Assembly (NCBI RefSeq): GCF_000091665.1
Contig: NC_000909.1
Span: forward strand, 674,048-706,047
DNA length: 32,000 bases
Direction: 5' to 3'
Origin: Methanocaldococcus jannaschii DSM 2661
GTDB taxonomy: Archaea; AGJL01; Methanococci; Methanococcales; Methanocaldococcaceae
Positions 8,996-18,384 of the stretch are shown here, one piece after another. Under the pieces are notes generated by a model. It had not been told where the DNA came from. It worked only from the letters and a program-made list of their open reading frames with translations, and did not search any database. Positions within the stretch are counted from its first letter, which is position 1. Each line of letters starts with the position of its first letter. The translations under genes were made by a program, and so were the position numbers.

Positions 8996-9823
8996 TTATA
9001 ACCAAACTGGTCTAACATTTGGTTTTGATAGATAGTTTAGAAATGTTGGTGCTCCAGCAATCTCAAAACCTTCCTCTAAGTTTTTCTCATTAATTCCTCT
9101 AAACTCTGCACTCAACTCACAAACATAAATCTTAACCCCTTTACTCAAAATATCCCTAACTAAATCTCCTAATTTTGGAAATGCTGGATGCTTAACTCTA
9201 TCACATTCTCCTTTTAAAGCCAAACTTGCCCCATCCATCATTAAGAATATTGTTGGCTTTAAGTTCATTTTTAAGGCAACATCTGCCATCATGAATGTTG
9301 CATAAGCCTTTTCAGCATTTCCTGTTCCTGTTGTGTTTATAATGAAGAGTTCATCAATCTTTGTTACCGCTGCTTTTTCTTCTTTCTTCTCTCCCTTTTT
9401 AACCAATATTCTGTAAGTTCCGTCTCCTTTATCTTCAACTTTTATTATCTCATTGCCCATTCCCTTCAATCCTTCAGTTAAATCAGTTAAGGAATTTTTT
9501 CCACAGATGATTTCTAAAATCTCCCCATTCTTCATTTTTGATAACATGTCAGAGACCATCATTATAGGTCCTGGACATGTAGCTCCAACAACATTGATGG
9601 TTTTATCTGCCTTAATCTCTCCAACGTAGATTTTAACAACATTTCCATCAACTTCATACTTTAGGTTGTATTTTTTTAATAACTTCTCAATGTCTTTTAT
9701 CTGCTCCTCCCCGTCAGTTTCAACAACTAAAATCCCCTCCTCTGTGTCATTTAAAATCATATCTATTAATAATGAAGGACTTCTCAATCCTTTAACCTTA
9801 AACTTTCTTATCATTCTTATCAC
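8996..9823 (-). CDS. TusA-like (CPGP) plus DsrE/DsrF-like fusion protein
   Basis: TINVVGATCPGPIMMVSDMLSKMKNGEILEIICG is a TusA motif; FIINTTGTGNAEKAYATFMMADVALKMNLKPTIFLMMDGA...VRDILSKGVKIYVCELSA is DsrE-like. Confidence 0.85.
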   Translation of the reverse strand: MIRMIRKFKVKGLRSPSLLIDMILNDTEEGILVVETDGEEQIKDIEKLLKKYNLKYEVDGNVVKIYVGEIKADKTINVVGATCPGPIMMVSDMLSKMKNGEILEIICGKNSLTDLTEGLKGMGNEIIKVEDKGDGTYRILVKKGEKKEEKAAVTKIDELFIINTTGTGNAEKAYATFMMADVALKMNLKPTIFLMMDGASLALKGECDRVKHPAFPKLGDLVRDILSKGVKIYVCELSAEFRGINEKNLEEGFEIAGAPTFLNYLSKPNVRPVWL

Positions 9824-10020
9824 CTATGTCAATATTATGCACAAGGATTGTATAAAAAAATTATAAATTAATAATTCACGGTTGTGTTATATCTATGAAC
9901 AAGTATTAACACTCATAATATATAAACCTTTCGATTAAAAGTTTTTAAAATTATTGAGGTTTTACTAAAAACAATAAAAACAAAAGTTATCATACTTTCA
10001 AAATTTAAATATATAATTAT

Positions 10021-10776
10021 TTATAATCTATAAAACCCCTTCGCATTCTTATAAACTGAGGCAATTATCTTTTCCTCATCAACACCAATATTTTTCATAT
10101 ACAACTTAGTTCTTGGTAGTGCATAAATATCCGCCTTCAAACTACCCAAATCACTACTTAAAATGAATTTTTTGTTGTAATTTTTAATTATCTCTGCGGC
10201 TTCTTCGTGGGTTAGCTTCATTGACGGTTGGACAGTTAAACCAACATAAACATCCCTATCGATTAAATCAACTGTCTCCTTATTTATATGGTCAATCATA
10301 ACTAAGCTATCTTTTATTTTAACTTCATCTAAAATCTTTAAAATTTCAATTAATGCCTCTTTTTTGTTCTTTTCTGGTGTATGGATAATTATTGGCATAT
10401 TATAATCTTTAGCTAAATATAACTGCTCTCTCAAAAGGTTCTTCTCATCCTCTGTTAGATAATGCAAACCAGTTTCTCCAATAGCAACAACGTTCTCATT
10501 ATCTAAAAACTCTGGAAGTTTTTTTATTAAAACCTCCCAATTCTTTGGATACCCCATAGGATGAACTCCAACTGCTACTTTAACTTCAACACCAGCCATC
10601 TCTCCCCTCTTAACCTCTAAATTAATCAACCTATCCCAGTGGTCTAAATAAACCTCTGGAGTACTCATTTTATATGGGTCGTGAGCACAGGTTATAATTG
10701 TCTCAATTCCACTCAATGCCATTTTTTCCAAATCTTCAAAGCTCCTAACATCTAAGTGAGTGTGGGCATCTATCAT
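10021..10776 (-). CDS. TatD-like metal-dependent hydrolase
   Basis: MIDAHTHLD, GETGLHYL, MPIIIHTPEKNKKEAL, ILSSDLG. Confidence 0.85.
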   Translation of the reverse strand: MIDAHTHLDVRSFEDLEKMALSGIETIITCAHDPYKMSTPEVYLDHWDRLINLEVKRGEMAGVEVKVAVGVHPMGYPKNWEVLIKKLPEFLDNENVVAIGETGLHYLTEDEKNLLREQLYLAKDYNMPIIIHTPEKNKKEALIEILKILDEVKIKDSLVMIDHINKETVDLIDRDVYVGLTVQPSMKLTHEEAAEIIKNYNKKFILSSDLGSLKADIYALPRTKLYMKNIGVDEEKIIASVYKNAKGFYRL

Positions 10777-10785
10777 CCTATCACC

Positions 10786-11814
10786 TTAATTTATTTTGTC
10801 TTTGAATAACTCTCCACTATAAACTTTGTTTATCGTTTTTATTAAAGTTACTATCCAAAAGAAGAACAACAACCAATATAACCCAAAGCCTATGTAATCA
10901 ACTATCTCAAACCCAAAGATTTTATAAACCAAGTGTGTTGAAGCAATATAAACCCCTAATGGGAAGATGAATGCCCACCATGACATTGCGTAGGGTAGTT
11001 TTAGCTTTTTAACGTAATAGAGAGTCATGATTATAGCCATCAAACTCCACCATAATCCAAAGCCCCAGAATATGAAGGAGAAGATATAGAATGGTTCTTT
11101 TATAGTTATGAATGGGGAATTATTCACCATGTTTATTAAGGCAACAATTCCAGCCCCTATTGGCCCCAAGTTAATCCATACGGTTGGAGCCATTGCTGAA
11201 GGTAGAGGATGATGCAGTATAAACCTATAAATCACAACTGCTAATAAAGCTAAATATAAGAAGAACCCGGCACCCCAACCAAAGTAATTAATAAGAACCG
11301 TTAATTCATGCCAAACTCCAGTTAAATGAGGCATTATCAAACTCCCGGCAATTGGAATAACTATCAAACCAACCGGTGGAATATACCAACCCGGATTAAC
11401 ATGGTCTAACTTTATACTCTCAGACTTAAACATATAAAACGGAACTATCAAACTGAATAAAAACATGCCAATAGCACCAAAAACCCAGAAGATTTTCCCT
11501 AAAAAGAGGTTATTTTTTATTAATATGAAATCAATACCCAAAACAAGCATAGCCACAGCCACAGTAGGACTAAATGAACTTAAAACTGGATGCTTCAACT
11601 CTGCAATCATATTTTTTGGATACTTTACCCATCTCAAAATCCACAACATTAAAAATACAAAAAACAGCAGTATATTAAAATAAAACAATAAAAATGATAT
11701 ATCTTTTAATATTGGTAAGTATTCAGAATAAAACAGACTCGTTACTGCCAAAACACCAGTTCCCATTACAGCGGCAAACCATGACGACTCAAAATTTTTT
11801 ATATAGCTTTGCAT
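10786..11814 (-). CDS. TDT-family transporter (tellurite-resistance / dicarboxylate, TehA-like)
   Basis: About 10 TM segments; FESSWFAAVMGTGVLAVTS, GWYIPPVGLIVIPIAG, WINLGPIGAG, FWGFGLWWSLMA. Confidence 0.85.
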   Translation of the reverse strand: MQSYIKNFESSWFAAVMGTGVLAVTSLFYSEYLPILKDISFLLFYFNILLFFVFLMLWILRWVKYPKNMIAELKHPVLSSFSPTVAVAMLVLGIDFILIKNNLFLGKIFWVFGAIGMFLFSLIVPFYMFKSESIKLDHVNPGWYIPPVGLIVIPIAGSLIMPHLTGVWHELTVLINYFGWGAGFFLYLALLAVVIYRFILHHPLPSAMAPTVWINLGPIGAGIVALINMVNNSPFITIKEPFYIFSFIFWGFGLWWSLMAIIMTLYYVKKLKLPYAMSWWAFIFPLGVYIASTHLVYKIFGFEIVDYIGFGLYWLLFFFWIVTLIKTINKVYSGELFKDKIN

Positions 11815-11837
11815 ATTTTCACCAATTAAAAATAATT

Positions 11838-12203
11838 TTAAAAATAGGGCTTTTTAGTTAGGAAATACAGAAACCTTTCATCATCAGATAACGCATGGAT
11901 AACTGCCTGCCTAACTCCAAAATTAACTCCTAACTTTTTAGCTAAAAATTTCTCCAACTCAATGGTTTCTTTTAGAATCTCTATAACATCTGCGTTTGTA
12001 TCAACCTCTGCCTTTATGTTTGGCTTTTCATTGAAATAGATGAGATACTTCTCATACAAAATCTCCAAGTTCTTCATCTCAACATCAAATAAATCCTTAA
12101 AAATTCTACCCTCATATTCTTCAACGGATTTAAATTTTGCAATCATTGATATTTTTATCTTATTTTCTAATATTTTAGCCAAATATTCTTTTATTTCATC
12201 CAT
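11838..12203 (-). CDS. Conserved hypothetical protein
   Basis: 121-aa ORF in a same-strand run, no recognised domain. Confidence 0.6.
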   Translation of the reverse strand: MDEIKEYLAKILENKIKISMIAKFKSVEEYEGRIFKDLFDVEMKNLEILYEKYLIYFNEKPNIKAEVDTNADVIEILKETIELEKFLAKKLGVNFGVRQAVIHALSDDERFLYFLTKKPYF

Positions 12204-12212
12204 AATTTCACC

Positions 12213-12563
12213 CTATTCACATTTAATTGGGTCTTCTGGTGCATTCAATTTCTTTGGATGTGGTGCTTTTACAACAAAAAATTCCAAAATATCAGAATTT
12301 ATGTTTTGGATAAGCATTTTTACATTAAACGGAACATACACAATATTTCCTTCTTTGTAATTATGTGGTTCTTGATCTTCTAATGTTAGTGTCATCTCTC
12401 CTTTAATTATTATTAAATGAACGTAAGAGTTTGAATAATGCTTTGGCATCTGCTCTCCTCTTGGTAAGACAATATGGTTGATCTGGACATGTTCAGTATT
12501 GACAAGTTTTTCAACAACCTTTGTTTTAGCGTCTCTTTTAAACTCATAGACCTTTTCTATCAT
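12213..12563 (-). CDS. Small cupin-domain protein
   Basis: VQINHIVLPRGEQMPKHYSNSYVHLIIIKGEMTLTLEDQEPHNYKEGNIVYVPFNVKMLIQNINSDILEFFVVKAPH. Confidence 0.85.
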   Translation of the reverse strand: MIEKVYEFKRDAKTKVVEKLVNTEHVQINHIVLPRGEQMPKHYSNSYVHLIIIKGEMTLTLEDQEPHNYKEGNIVYVPFNVKMLIQNINSDILEFFVVKAPHPKKLNAPEDPIKCE

Positions 12564-12760
12564 TTAATCACCCATATAAAACACATATTTAAAGAATATT
12601 TTTTATAAATGCAACTGAATTTTAACCTAATTTGCTAATTCAATTAATCAATTTTGCTGATTTACAATCTTATAATTAATTATAATATATAAAATAAAAA
12701 AAATGAAAAAATAAAAGATAAAATTAAAAATTAAAGGTTATTTTGGATTTTATATTATAT

Positions 12761-14407
12761 TTACCCAACTAATCTTTTAATATCTTCATCAACTGTTGAG
12801 ATCGTTGAGATTCCAAACTTCTCAACTAAAACTTTTGTCACATTTGGTGATAAGAACGCTGGTAGTGTAGGGCCTAATACTATATTCTTAACTCCCAAGT
12901 AAAGCAAAGCTAATAATACAGTAACTGCCTTTTGCTCATACCATGAGATGTTATAAGCGATTGGAAGTTCATTTACATCGTTTAAGCCAAATGCATCTTT
13001 TAAAGCCAGTGCAATTTTAACTAACGAATAGCTATCATTACACTGTCCAGCATCTAAAACTCTTGGAATTCCATCAATGTCTCCCAAATCTAATTTAATA
13101 AATCTATATTTTGCACATCCACATGTTAATATAACAGTATCTTTAGGCAGTTTTTTAGCAAATTCAGTATAATACTCTCTTGTTTTATGCCTTCCATCAC
13201 ATCCGGCCATTACAACGAATTTCCTTATTTTTCCACTTTTAACTGCTTCAATTACTTTATCTGCCAGTGCTAAAACTTGGTTATGAGCGAATCCTCCAAC
13301 AATCTTACCATTTTCGAGTGGTGTTGGTGGTTTGCATTTTTTAGCGTGCTCTATAACCTCTGAAAAGTCCTTAGTTCCATCCTCTTTTACTGGGATTCTC
13401 TTTAAGCCAGGATAGCCAACTTCGTTGGTTACATAAACCCTATCTTTATATGAGTCCTTTGGTGGAACTAAACAGTTTGTCGTCATCACTATTGGACCGT
13501 TGAATTTCTCAAATTCCTCTCTTTGGAACGGCCATGAACCTCCATAATTTCCAACGAAGTGCTCATATTTCTTAAAGAATGGGTAGTAGTGGGCTGGCAA
13601 CATCTCACAGTGGGTGTAGATATCAACTCCTGCATCCTTACTTTGCTCTAATAATTGCTCTAAATCTTTTAAGTCGTGACCACTAATCAATATTCCTGGT
13701 CTGTCTCTAACTCCCAAATTAACCTCTGTTATTTCTGGATGCCCATAGGTTTCAGTGTTCGCTTTATCTAATAATGCTAACGTTTCTACTGCATACTTTC
13801 CTGTCTCCATTGCTAAATTAAATAACTCATCAGCATCTTTGCTATCAACGATTTTAGTGAATGCTTTAATTATAAACTTATGAATGTCCTCATTGTTGTA
13901 GCCGAGATGCATGGCATGGCTTAGATAAGCTCCTATTCCTTTAATTCCATAAGTTATAAGCTCTTTTAATGATCTTATGTCTTCATTATCCTCTGCTAAG
14001 ACGCTAACTTCTTTTGTATTGGCTAAATTTATTAGATCTTCATCAGTTTCGTAAGCCCAAGTAGCACAGTATGGAAGTTCTTCTTTATTTAAATTATTTT
14101 TTTCTATAATTTTTTCTCTTAAAGCGACTCCTTTCTTTATCCAATTTATTACATCTTTATCATCAAAATTGACGTTAGTTATTGTTACAAATAATGCTTT
14201 TGGAATGTAATCCATAACTTCATCATCCAAGTAATTGCCTTTATCACAGACATAGCATAAACCTTTTATAGTATAAATCAATAAATCTTGGAGGTTTGCC
14301 ACAACATCATCTTTTCCACAGACTCCTTTTATTGTACATCCTTCATTTTTTGCTGCCTCTTGACATTGGAAGCAGAACATTTTTGTAGGTCTTGGTTCAA
14401 ATTTCAT
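12761..14407 (-). CDS. hcp: Hydroxylamine reductase / hybrid-cluster protein
   Basis: [61 protein letters not shown]-like region, [31 protein letters not shown]. Confidence 0.97.
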   Translation of the reverse strand: MKFEPRPTKMFCFQCQEAAKNEGCTIKGVCGKDDVVANLQDLLIYTIKGLCYVCDKGNYLDDEVMDYIPKALFVTITNVNFDDKDVINWIKKGVALREKIIEKNNLNKEELPYCATWAYETDEDLINLANTKEVSVLAEDNEDIRSLKELITYGIKGIGAYLSHAMHLGYNNEDIHKFIIKAFTKIVDSKDADELFNLAMETGKYAVETLALLDKANTETYGHPEITEVNLGVRDRPGILISGHDLKDLEQLLEQSKDAGVDIYTHCEMLPAHYYPFFKKYEHFVGNYGGSWPFQREEFEKFNGPIVMTTNCLVPPKDSYKDRVYVTNEVGYPGLKRIPVKEDGTKDFSEVIEHAKKCKPPTPLENGKIVGGFAHNQVLALADKVIEAVKSGKIRKFVVMAGCDGRHKTREYYTEFAKKLPKDTVILTCGCAKYRFIKLDLGDIDGIPRVLDAGQCNDSYSLVKIALALKDAFGLNDVNELPIAYNISWYEQKAVTVLLALLYLGVKNIVLGPTLPAFLSPNVTKVLVEKFGISTISTVDEDIKRLVG

Positions 14408-14677
14408 TATTTCACCCTAAGACTTTTAATATCTGCAAACATTTACAATGTATTTGACAGATGCTTTACATTAAAATCTTTTCTTTTTCATTGTATAAAT
14501 ATATTTTTGACCTTCTTCTTTTGGAGATAGGGGTAATTAATATCACTCACTTTGAAGATAGTTGATATAATTATTATGATAAATCCTGATTTTGTATTAC
14601 CTACAATATTATTATCTTTTATAGGTTTATATTCAGATGTATAAGTATATAGTGCAAAAATAAAAATAAAAATTAAT

Positions 14678-14999
14678 TTAGAAGTGAGAACTCATAACAA
14701 CCTTTGCTCCCATCTTTTCAATCTCTTCCTTCATCTTTTCAGCATATCTACATTTTGGTTTAAATGCAGTCATGCATGTTGCAAAATGAACAACCTCTGC
14801 CCCATTCTTCCCTATTAACTGCTTTATCTGATTCAATCCTAACCTTCCTGGGCAACCCCCACATGTTATTACTGACAATAACTCAACATTCTCATAGTCT
14901 TTGAATGTATCTTTTTTTGTTTAATGCTACTGCTATGCATCCAACGCCTGGACACGTTTTTGCCGCACTATCACATCTTAAAATAACTACCTTTGTCAC
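14678..14999 (-). pseudogene. CGGC-domain protein interrupted by a frameshift at a homopolymer
   Basis: GTG start 14999: MTKVVILRCDSAAKTCPGVGCIAVALNKK, then in a shifted frame KDTFKDYENVELLSVITCGGCPGRLGLNQIKQLIGKNGAEVVHFATCMTAFKPKCRYAEKMKEEIEKMGAKVVMSSHF. Junction at T7/A7 14912-14918. Confidence 0.75.
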
Positions 15000-15048
15000 A
15001 ATATCACCAACAAATTTTTAATTATAATTTATAATTTATGATAAAAAA

Positions 15049-15456
15049 CTAAAAAATAATAACCTTGTCATAAATCTTTCCATTGATTTTCTCAATTTCT
15101 TCATAAAACTTTGAAATATCTTTAGAGTTTCCTTCAACAACAAAAATCTCTACTTTAGCATTTTTCCCGCAAGATGTTGTTACATAAGCCTGATTCAAAG
15201 ATTTTATAACTTTATTATGTTCAAAATACAACTTACTCATCTTTTCCAATGCTTCCTTTGTAGGATTATAAACAACTATTATAATCCCACTAACAGTTTC
15301 ATTCTTATTTAATGGATTGTTTTCCAACACATACTTTCTTACAGCATCCCTAATTAACTCACTTCTACTCGAATAACCTTTCTTTTTAACAACTTCATCA
15401 ATCTCTTTTAAAAGGAATTTTGGAAATGATATACTGATTCTCTCAACATTAACCAT
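15049..15456 (-). CDS. NikR/CopG-type ribbon-helix-helix transcriptional regulator
   Basis: ERISISFPKFLLKEIDEVVKKKGYSSRSELIRDAVRKYV followed by an ACT-like C-terminal domain. Confidence 0.85.
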   Translation of the reverse strand: MVNVERISISFPKFLLKEIDEVVKKKGYSSRSELIRDAVRKYVLENNPLNKNETVSGIIIVVYNPTKEALEKMSKLYFEHNKVIKSLNQAYVTTSCGKNAKVEIFVVEGNSKDISKFYEEIEKINGKIYDKVIIF

Positions 15457-15540
15457 ACTATCACATAAAAAACTATTTTTATTCTAACTTAAAACATTTA
15501 TTGTAATTATATATAATTTCTTAAAAAGGGATGTGATAGA

Positions 15541-16290
15541 ATGATTAAAGAAAAAAGAAAGGTAGAGGTTATTGGCTTAGAACTCCCAATTTTTAAAGGT
15601 GGAGAACAAATAAATTTATCTGAGTTGATAGCTCAATACCCAATTGAAGATGGAGATATTATTGTAATAGCAGAAACATTAATCTCAAAATTAGAGGGTG
15701 GAGTTATAGATAGGGATAAAATAATCCCTTCAAAAGAAGCAATTGAATTAGCCAAAAAAACTGGAAAAGACCCGAAGGTTGTGCAAGTTATATTAGATGA
15801 GGCTAAAGAAATAGTTAAGGTTGGAAAGAACTTCATTATAACAGAAACCAAACATGGATTTGTTTGTGCTAACAGTGGAGTTGATGAAAGTAACATATAC
15901 AAAGGCATAAAAATTCTACCAAAAAATCCAGATGAAAGTGCTGAAAAGATTAGGAAAGAGATTGAAAAATTAACTGGAAAGAGAGTTGGAGTAATAATAT
16001 CAGATAGTGTTGGAAGACCTTTCAGGAAGGGAGCTGTTGGAATAGCAATAGGAGTTAGTGGAATCTTAGCATTATGGGATAGGAAGGGGGAAAAGGATTT
16101 GTTTGGTAGGGAGTTAAAAACAACTGAAGTTGCCATTGCTGATGAGTTGGCAAGTATGGCAAATGTGGTTATGGGAGAGGCTGATGAGGGCATTCCAGTT
16201 GTAATAATTAGGGGGGCTAATGTGCCTTTTGGTAATGGGAAGGGAAGAGATTTAATTAGACCTAAGGAGGAAGATGTTTTTAGAAATTAA
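15541..16290 (+). CDS. cofE: Coenzyme F420-0:L-glutamate ligase
   Basis: VIGLELPIFKGGEQINLSELI...DIIVIAETLISKLEGG...GFVCANSGVDESNI...GVIISDSVGRPFRKGAVGIAIGVSG. Confidence 0.95.
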   Translation: MIKEKRKVEVIGLELPIFKGGEQINLSELIAQYPIEDGDIIVIAETLISKLEGGVIDRDKIIPSKEAIELAKKTGKDPKVVQVILDEAKEIVKVGKNFIITETKHGFVCANSGVDESNIYKGIKILPKNPDESAEKIRKEIEKLTGKRVGVIISDSVGRPFRKGAVGIAIGVSGILALWDRKGEKDLFGRELKTTEVAIADELASMANVVMGEADEGIPVVIIRGANVPFGNGKGRDLIRPKEEDVFRN

Positions 16291-16316
16291 TTTATATATT
16301 TTTATTTTTTAAGTTT

Positions 16317-16348
16317 AATGTTGGACTTTTGTGCAAAAGTCTAACATT
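16317..16348. repeat. Strong inverted repeat / hairpin
   Basis: AATGTTGGACTTTT-gtgc-AAAAGTCTAACATT: 14-bp stem with one G-T wobble, 26 bp after the cofE stop and between convergent genes. Confidence 0.85.
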
Positions 16349-16429
16349 GGTTAAAAATTTTCGGACAAAAATACATAAAATCGATTATCTTAAAGATATG
16401 AATATAAATATATTAAAAATATAGTATTA

Positions 16430-16939
16430 TTAGAATTCTTTAACATGTTTTATAATATCTTCCAAAATCTTCTTCGCCTTCTCCAAATCATAATCAACAG
16501 TTGCCTCCAACTCCAAAAATAGAACTTGCAGACTTGGAGAATACTTACCCTTATTAATCAAATACTCCCTATACTCCCAAACTAATTTTTTAAATCTCTC
16601 AAGTTTTAACTCTTTAATACAATCCTTAGCATAATCCCAAACGGTAGATTTTCCTATGCCTAAAATATTACCAATTTCTCTAACAGAATAGCCCTCAATA
16701 ATTAATTCATGAATCTTTTTAACAGTTTCATCATCAACTTTTCTCTTCCTCCCTCTCTTTGCATTCTCAACCTCTATAAAAATGCCTTTTTTCTTTAAAT
16801 ATTCCAGTTTATAAGCCATTTTTGGATGTTCATAAACAGACTTTGGAAGTTTTAGCAAAACCAAATCTTTTTCTCTCAGTTTTACAATCTTATTAATCTC
16901 ATCCCATCTTGGAATCTTAGATATTTTTATCTCAATCAT
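16430..16939 (-). CDS. Helix-turn-helix protein (resolvase-type HTH)
   Basis: KRGRKRKVDDETVKKIHELIIEGYSVREIGNILGIGKSTVWDYAKD; overlaps the next gene by 8 bp. Confidence 0.7.
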   Translation of the reverse strand: MIEIKISKIPRWDEINKIVKLREKDLVLLKLPKSVYEHPKMAYKLEYLKKKGIFIEVENAKRGRKRKVDDETVKKIHELIIEGYSVREIGNILGIGKSTVWDYAKDCIKELKLERFKKLVWEYREYLINKGKYSPSLQVLFLELEATVDYDLEKAKKILEDIIKHVKEF

Positions 16940-17603
16940 CTAAATCCCCAATATTTTTTAGAATCTCTTTTGCCAGTCTGCTTTGAGTGTAAGTTTCAAT
17001 GTAGTTTATGTTCTTATGCTTGGTTATTTTTGCTAAGACTTGTGCTGGGATGCCATGTTCTCCCAAGTAAGTAACATAGGCATACCTCAGGGAGTGAGTA
17101 TTAATTCCATAATTTTTATAAAGCCAAGCTCCAAATCTCTTAACAATCTTTTTCTTTGCTTTTAACTTTTCATCCATTGTTAGCTTTTCATCAATCTCCT
17201 TTTTAATGTCTAAAAAAACATCCCTAACCATTTCAATATCCTCTTTTTTAATGCATTTTGGTATAATCAGCTCTCTAAACTCCCAATCCTTCCTCTTCTG
17301 AGTCCTAACTTTAACAGTTATCCTCTCATTCCAATTAAGATTGTCTATATTGATGGCTATGTTTATCATCCCAGCTATAGCCTCCCAAATCCTACAACCA
17401 TTCCTTAATTGGAATAAAAAAGTTATAAGATAAGCTATTCTCTTGTAATCATCTTCATAAAGTAATTCCTTGTTTTTCAATTTCTGCAAATCTTCTTTAA
17501 ACATTTTATAGGTTTGTTTGTAATCAATGCCTTTATCCCATGTGCCGCTATGTTTTTTAATACTTTCAGAAGGTTTCGATAGATTCCAATCCCATATCAT
17601 CAT
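16932..17603 (-). CDS. Tyrosine recombinase / integrase
   Basis: Catalytic signature: FLFQLRNGCRIWEA (R), beta-hairpin VRTQKRKDWEFRELIIP (K), THSLRYAYVTYL (HxxR), ITKHKNINYIETYTQ (H...Y). Confidence 0.82.
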   Translation of the reverse strand: MMIWDWNLSKPSESIKKHSGTWDKGIDYKQTYKMFKEDLQKLKNKELLYEDDYKRIAYLITFLFQLRNGCRIWEAIAGMINIAINIDNLNWNERITVKVRTQKRKDWEFRELIIPKCIKKEDIEMVRDVFLDIKKEIDEKLTMDEKLKAKKKIVKRFGAWLYKNYGINTHSLRYAYVTYLGEHGIPAQVLAKITKHKNINYIETYTQSRLAKEILKNIGDLDD

Positions 17604-17691
17604 GTCACCAAAAATTTATTGTCAATTTAGCTAAATTTATATAGTAAGTTATCTAAAAAAGTTTTTAATTGTAATTTTATAAAATCGTAAG

Positions 17692-18384
17692 GTGAATAAA
17701 TTGGTAAAGAAGGTTTATGGTGTTGGTGTAGGTGTTGGAGACAAAAAGCTATTAACATTAAAGGCATTAGAGGTTTTAAAAAAAGTAGATAAAATCTTTG
17801 TCCCAGTATCTAAAAAGGGGAAGAAATCTATTGCCTATGAAATTATAAAGGATTATGTTGATGGGAAGAATATTGAAGAACTTTTATTCCCCATGATTAA
17901 AGATAAAGAGAGGCTAAAAAAATACTGGGAAAATGCTTTAGAGAAGGTTTTAAAAGAAGATGGAGAAGTAGCTATAATAACCATTGGAGACCCTACATTG
18001 TATAGCACATTCTCCTATGTCTGGAAACTTTTAAAAGAAAGAGGGGTTGAGGTAGAGATAGTTAATGGCATTTCATCAATATTTGCCTCTGCAGCTGCTT
18101 TAAATATTCCATTAGTTGAAGGAGATGAAAAACTCTGCATTTTACCTCAAGGAAAGGATTTGGAAAAATATATTGATGAATTCGACACTATAATTATTAT
18201 GAAGACAAAGAATTTAAATGAGAAGCTATCAGTTATAAAAAATAGAGATGATTATATAATTGGGTTGGTAAAGAGGGCAACTTTTGAAGATGAAAAAGTA
18301 GTAATTGGTAAGTTAGACGAAATCAACTTTGATGAATTTAATGACTATCTCTCCTTAGCTATAATAAAGAGGTTTAAGAGATGA
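17692..18384 (+). CDS. cbiL: Precorrin-2 / cobalt-factor-II C20-methyltransferase
   Basis: GTG start; KVYGVGVGVGDKKLLTLKALEVLKKVDKIFVPVSKKG, VAIITIGDPTLYSTFSYVWKLL, EIVNGISSIFASAAALNIPLVEGDEKLCILP. Confidence 0.9.
   Translation: MNKLVKKVYGVGVGVGDKKLLTLKALEVLKKVDKIFVPVSKKGKKSIAYEIIKDYVDGKNIEELLFPMIKDKERLKKYWENALEKVLKEDGEVAIITIGDPTLYSTFSYVWKLLKERGVEVEIVNGISSIFASAAALNIPLVEGDEKLCILPQGKDLEKYIDEFDTIIIMKTKNLNEKLSVIKNRDDYIIGLVKRATFEDEKVVIGKLDEINFDEFNDYLSLAIIKRFKR

Noticed and set aside
15458-15539. Perfect 9-nt inverted pair CTATCACAT / ATGTGATAG between the NikR-like gene and cofE, which looks like an operator dyad.
   Set aside because: Each arm is the Shine-Dalgarno-type GTGAT sequence just upstream of one of the two divergent start codons, which explains the symmetry without an operator.
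15633-16193. 186-aa minus-strand ORF opposite cofE.
   Set aside because: S/P/T-rich antisense translation of a clear cofE gene; an artifact of codon bias.
16383-16397. Short palindrome TATCTTAAAGATA downstream of the recombinase pair.
   Set aside because: AT-rich and short, so expected by chance in about 30% GC DNA; no further support.
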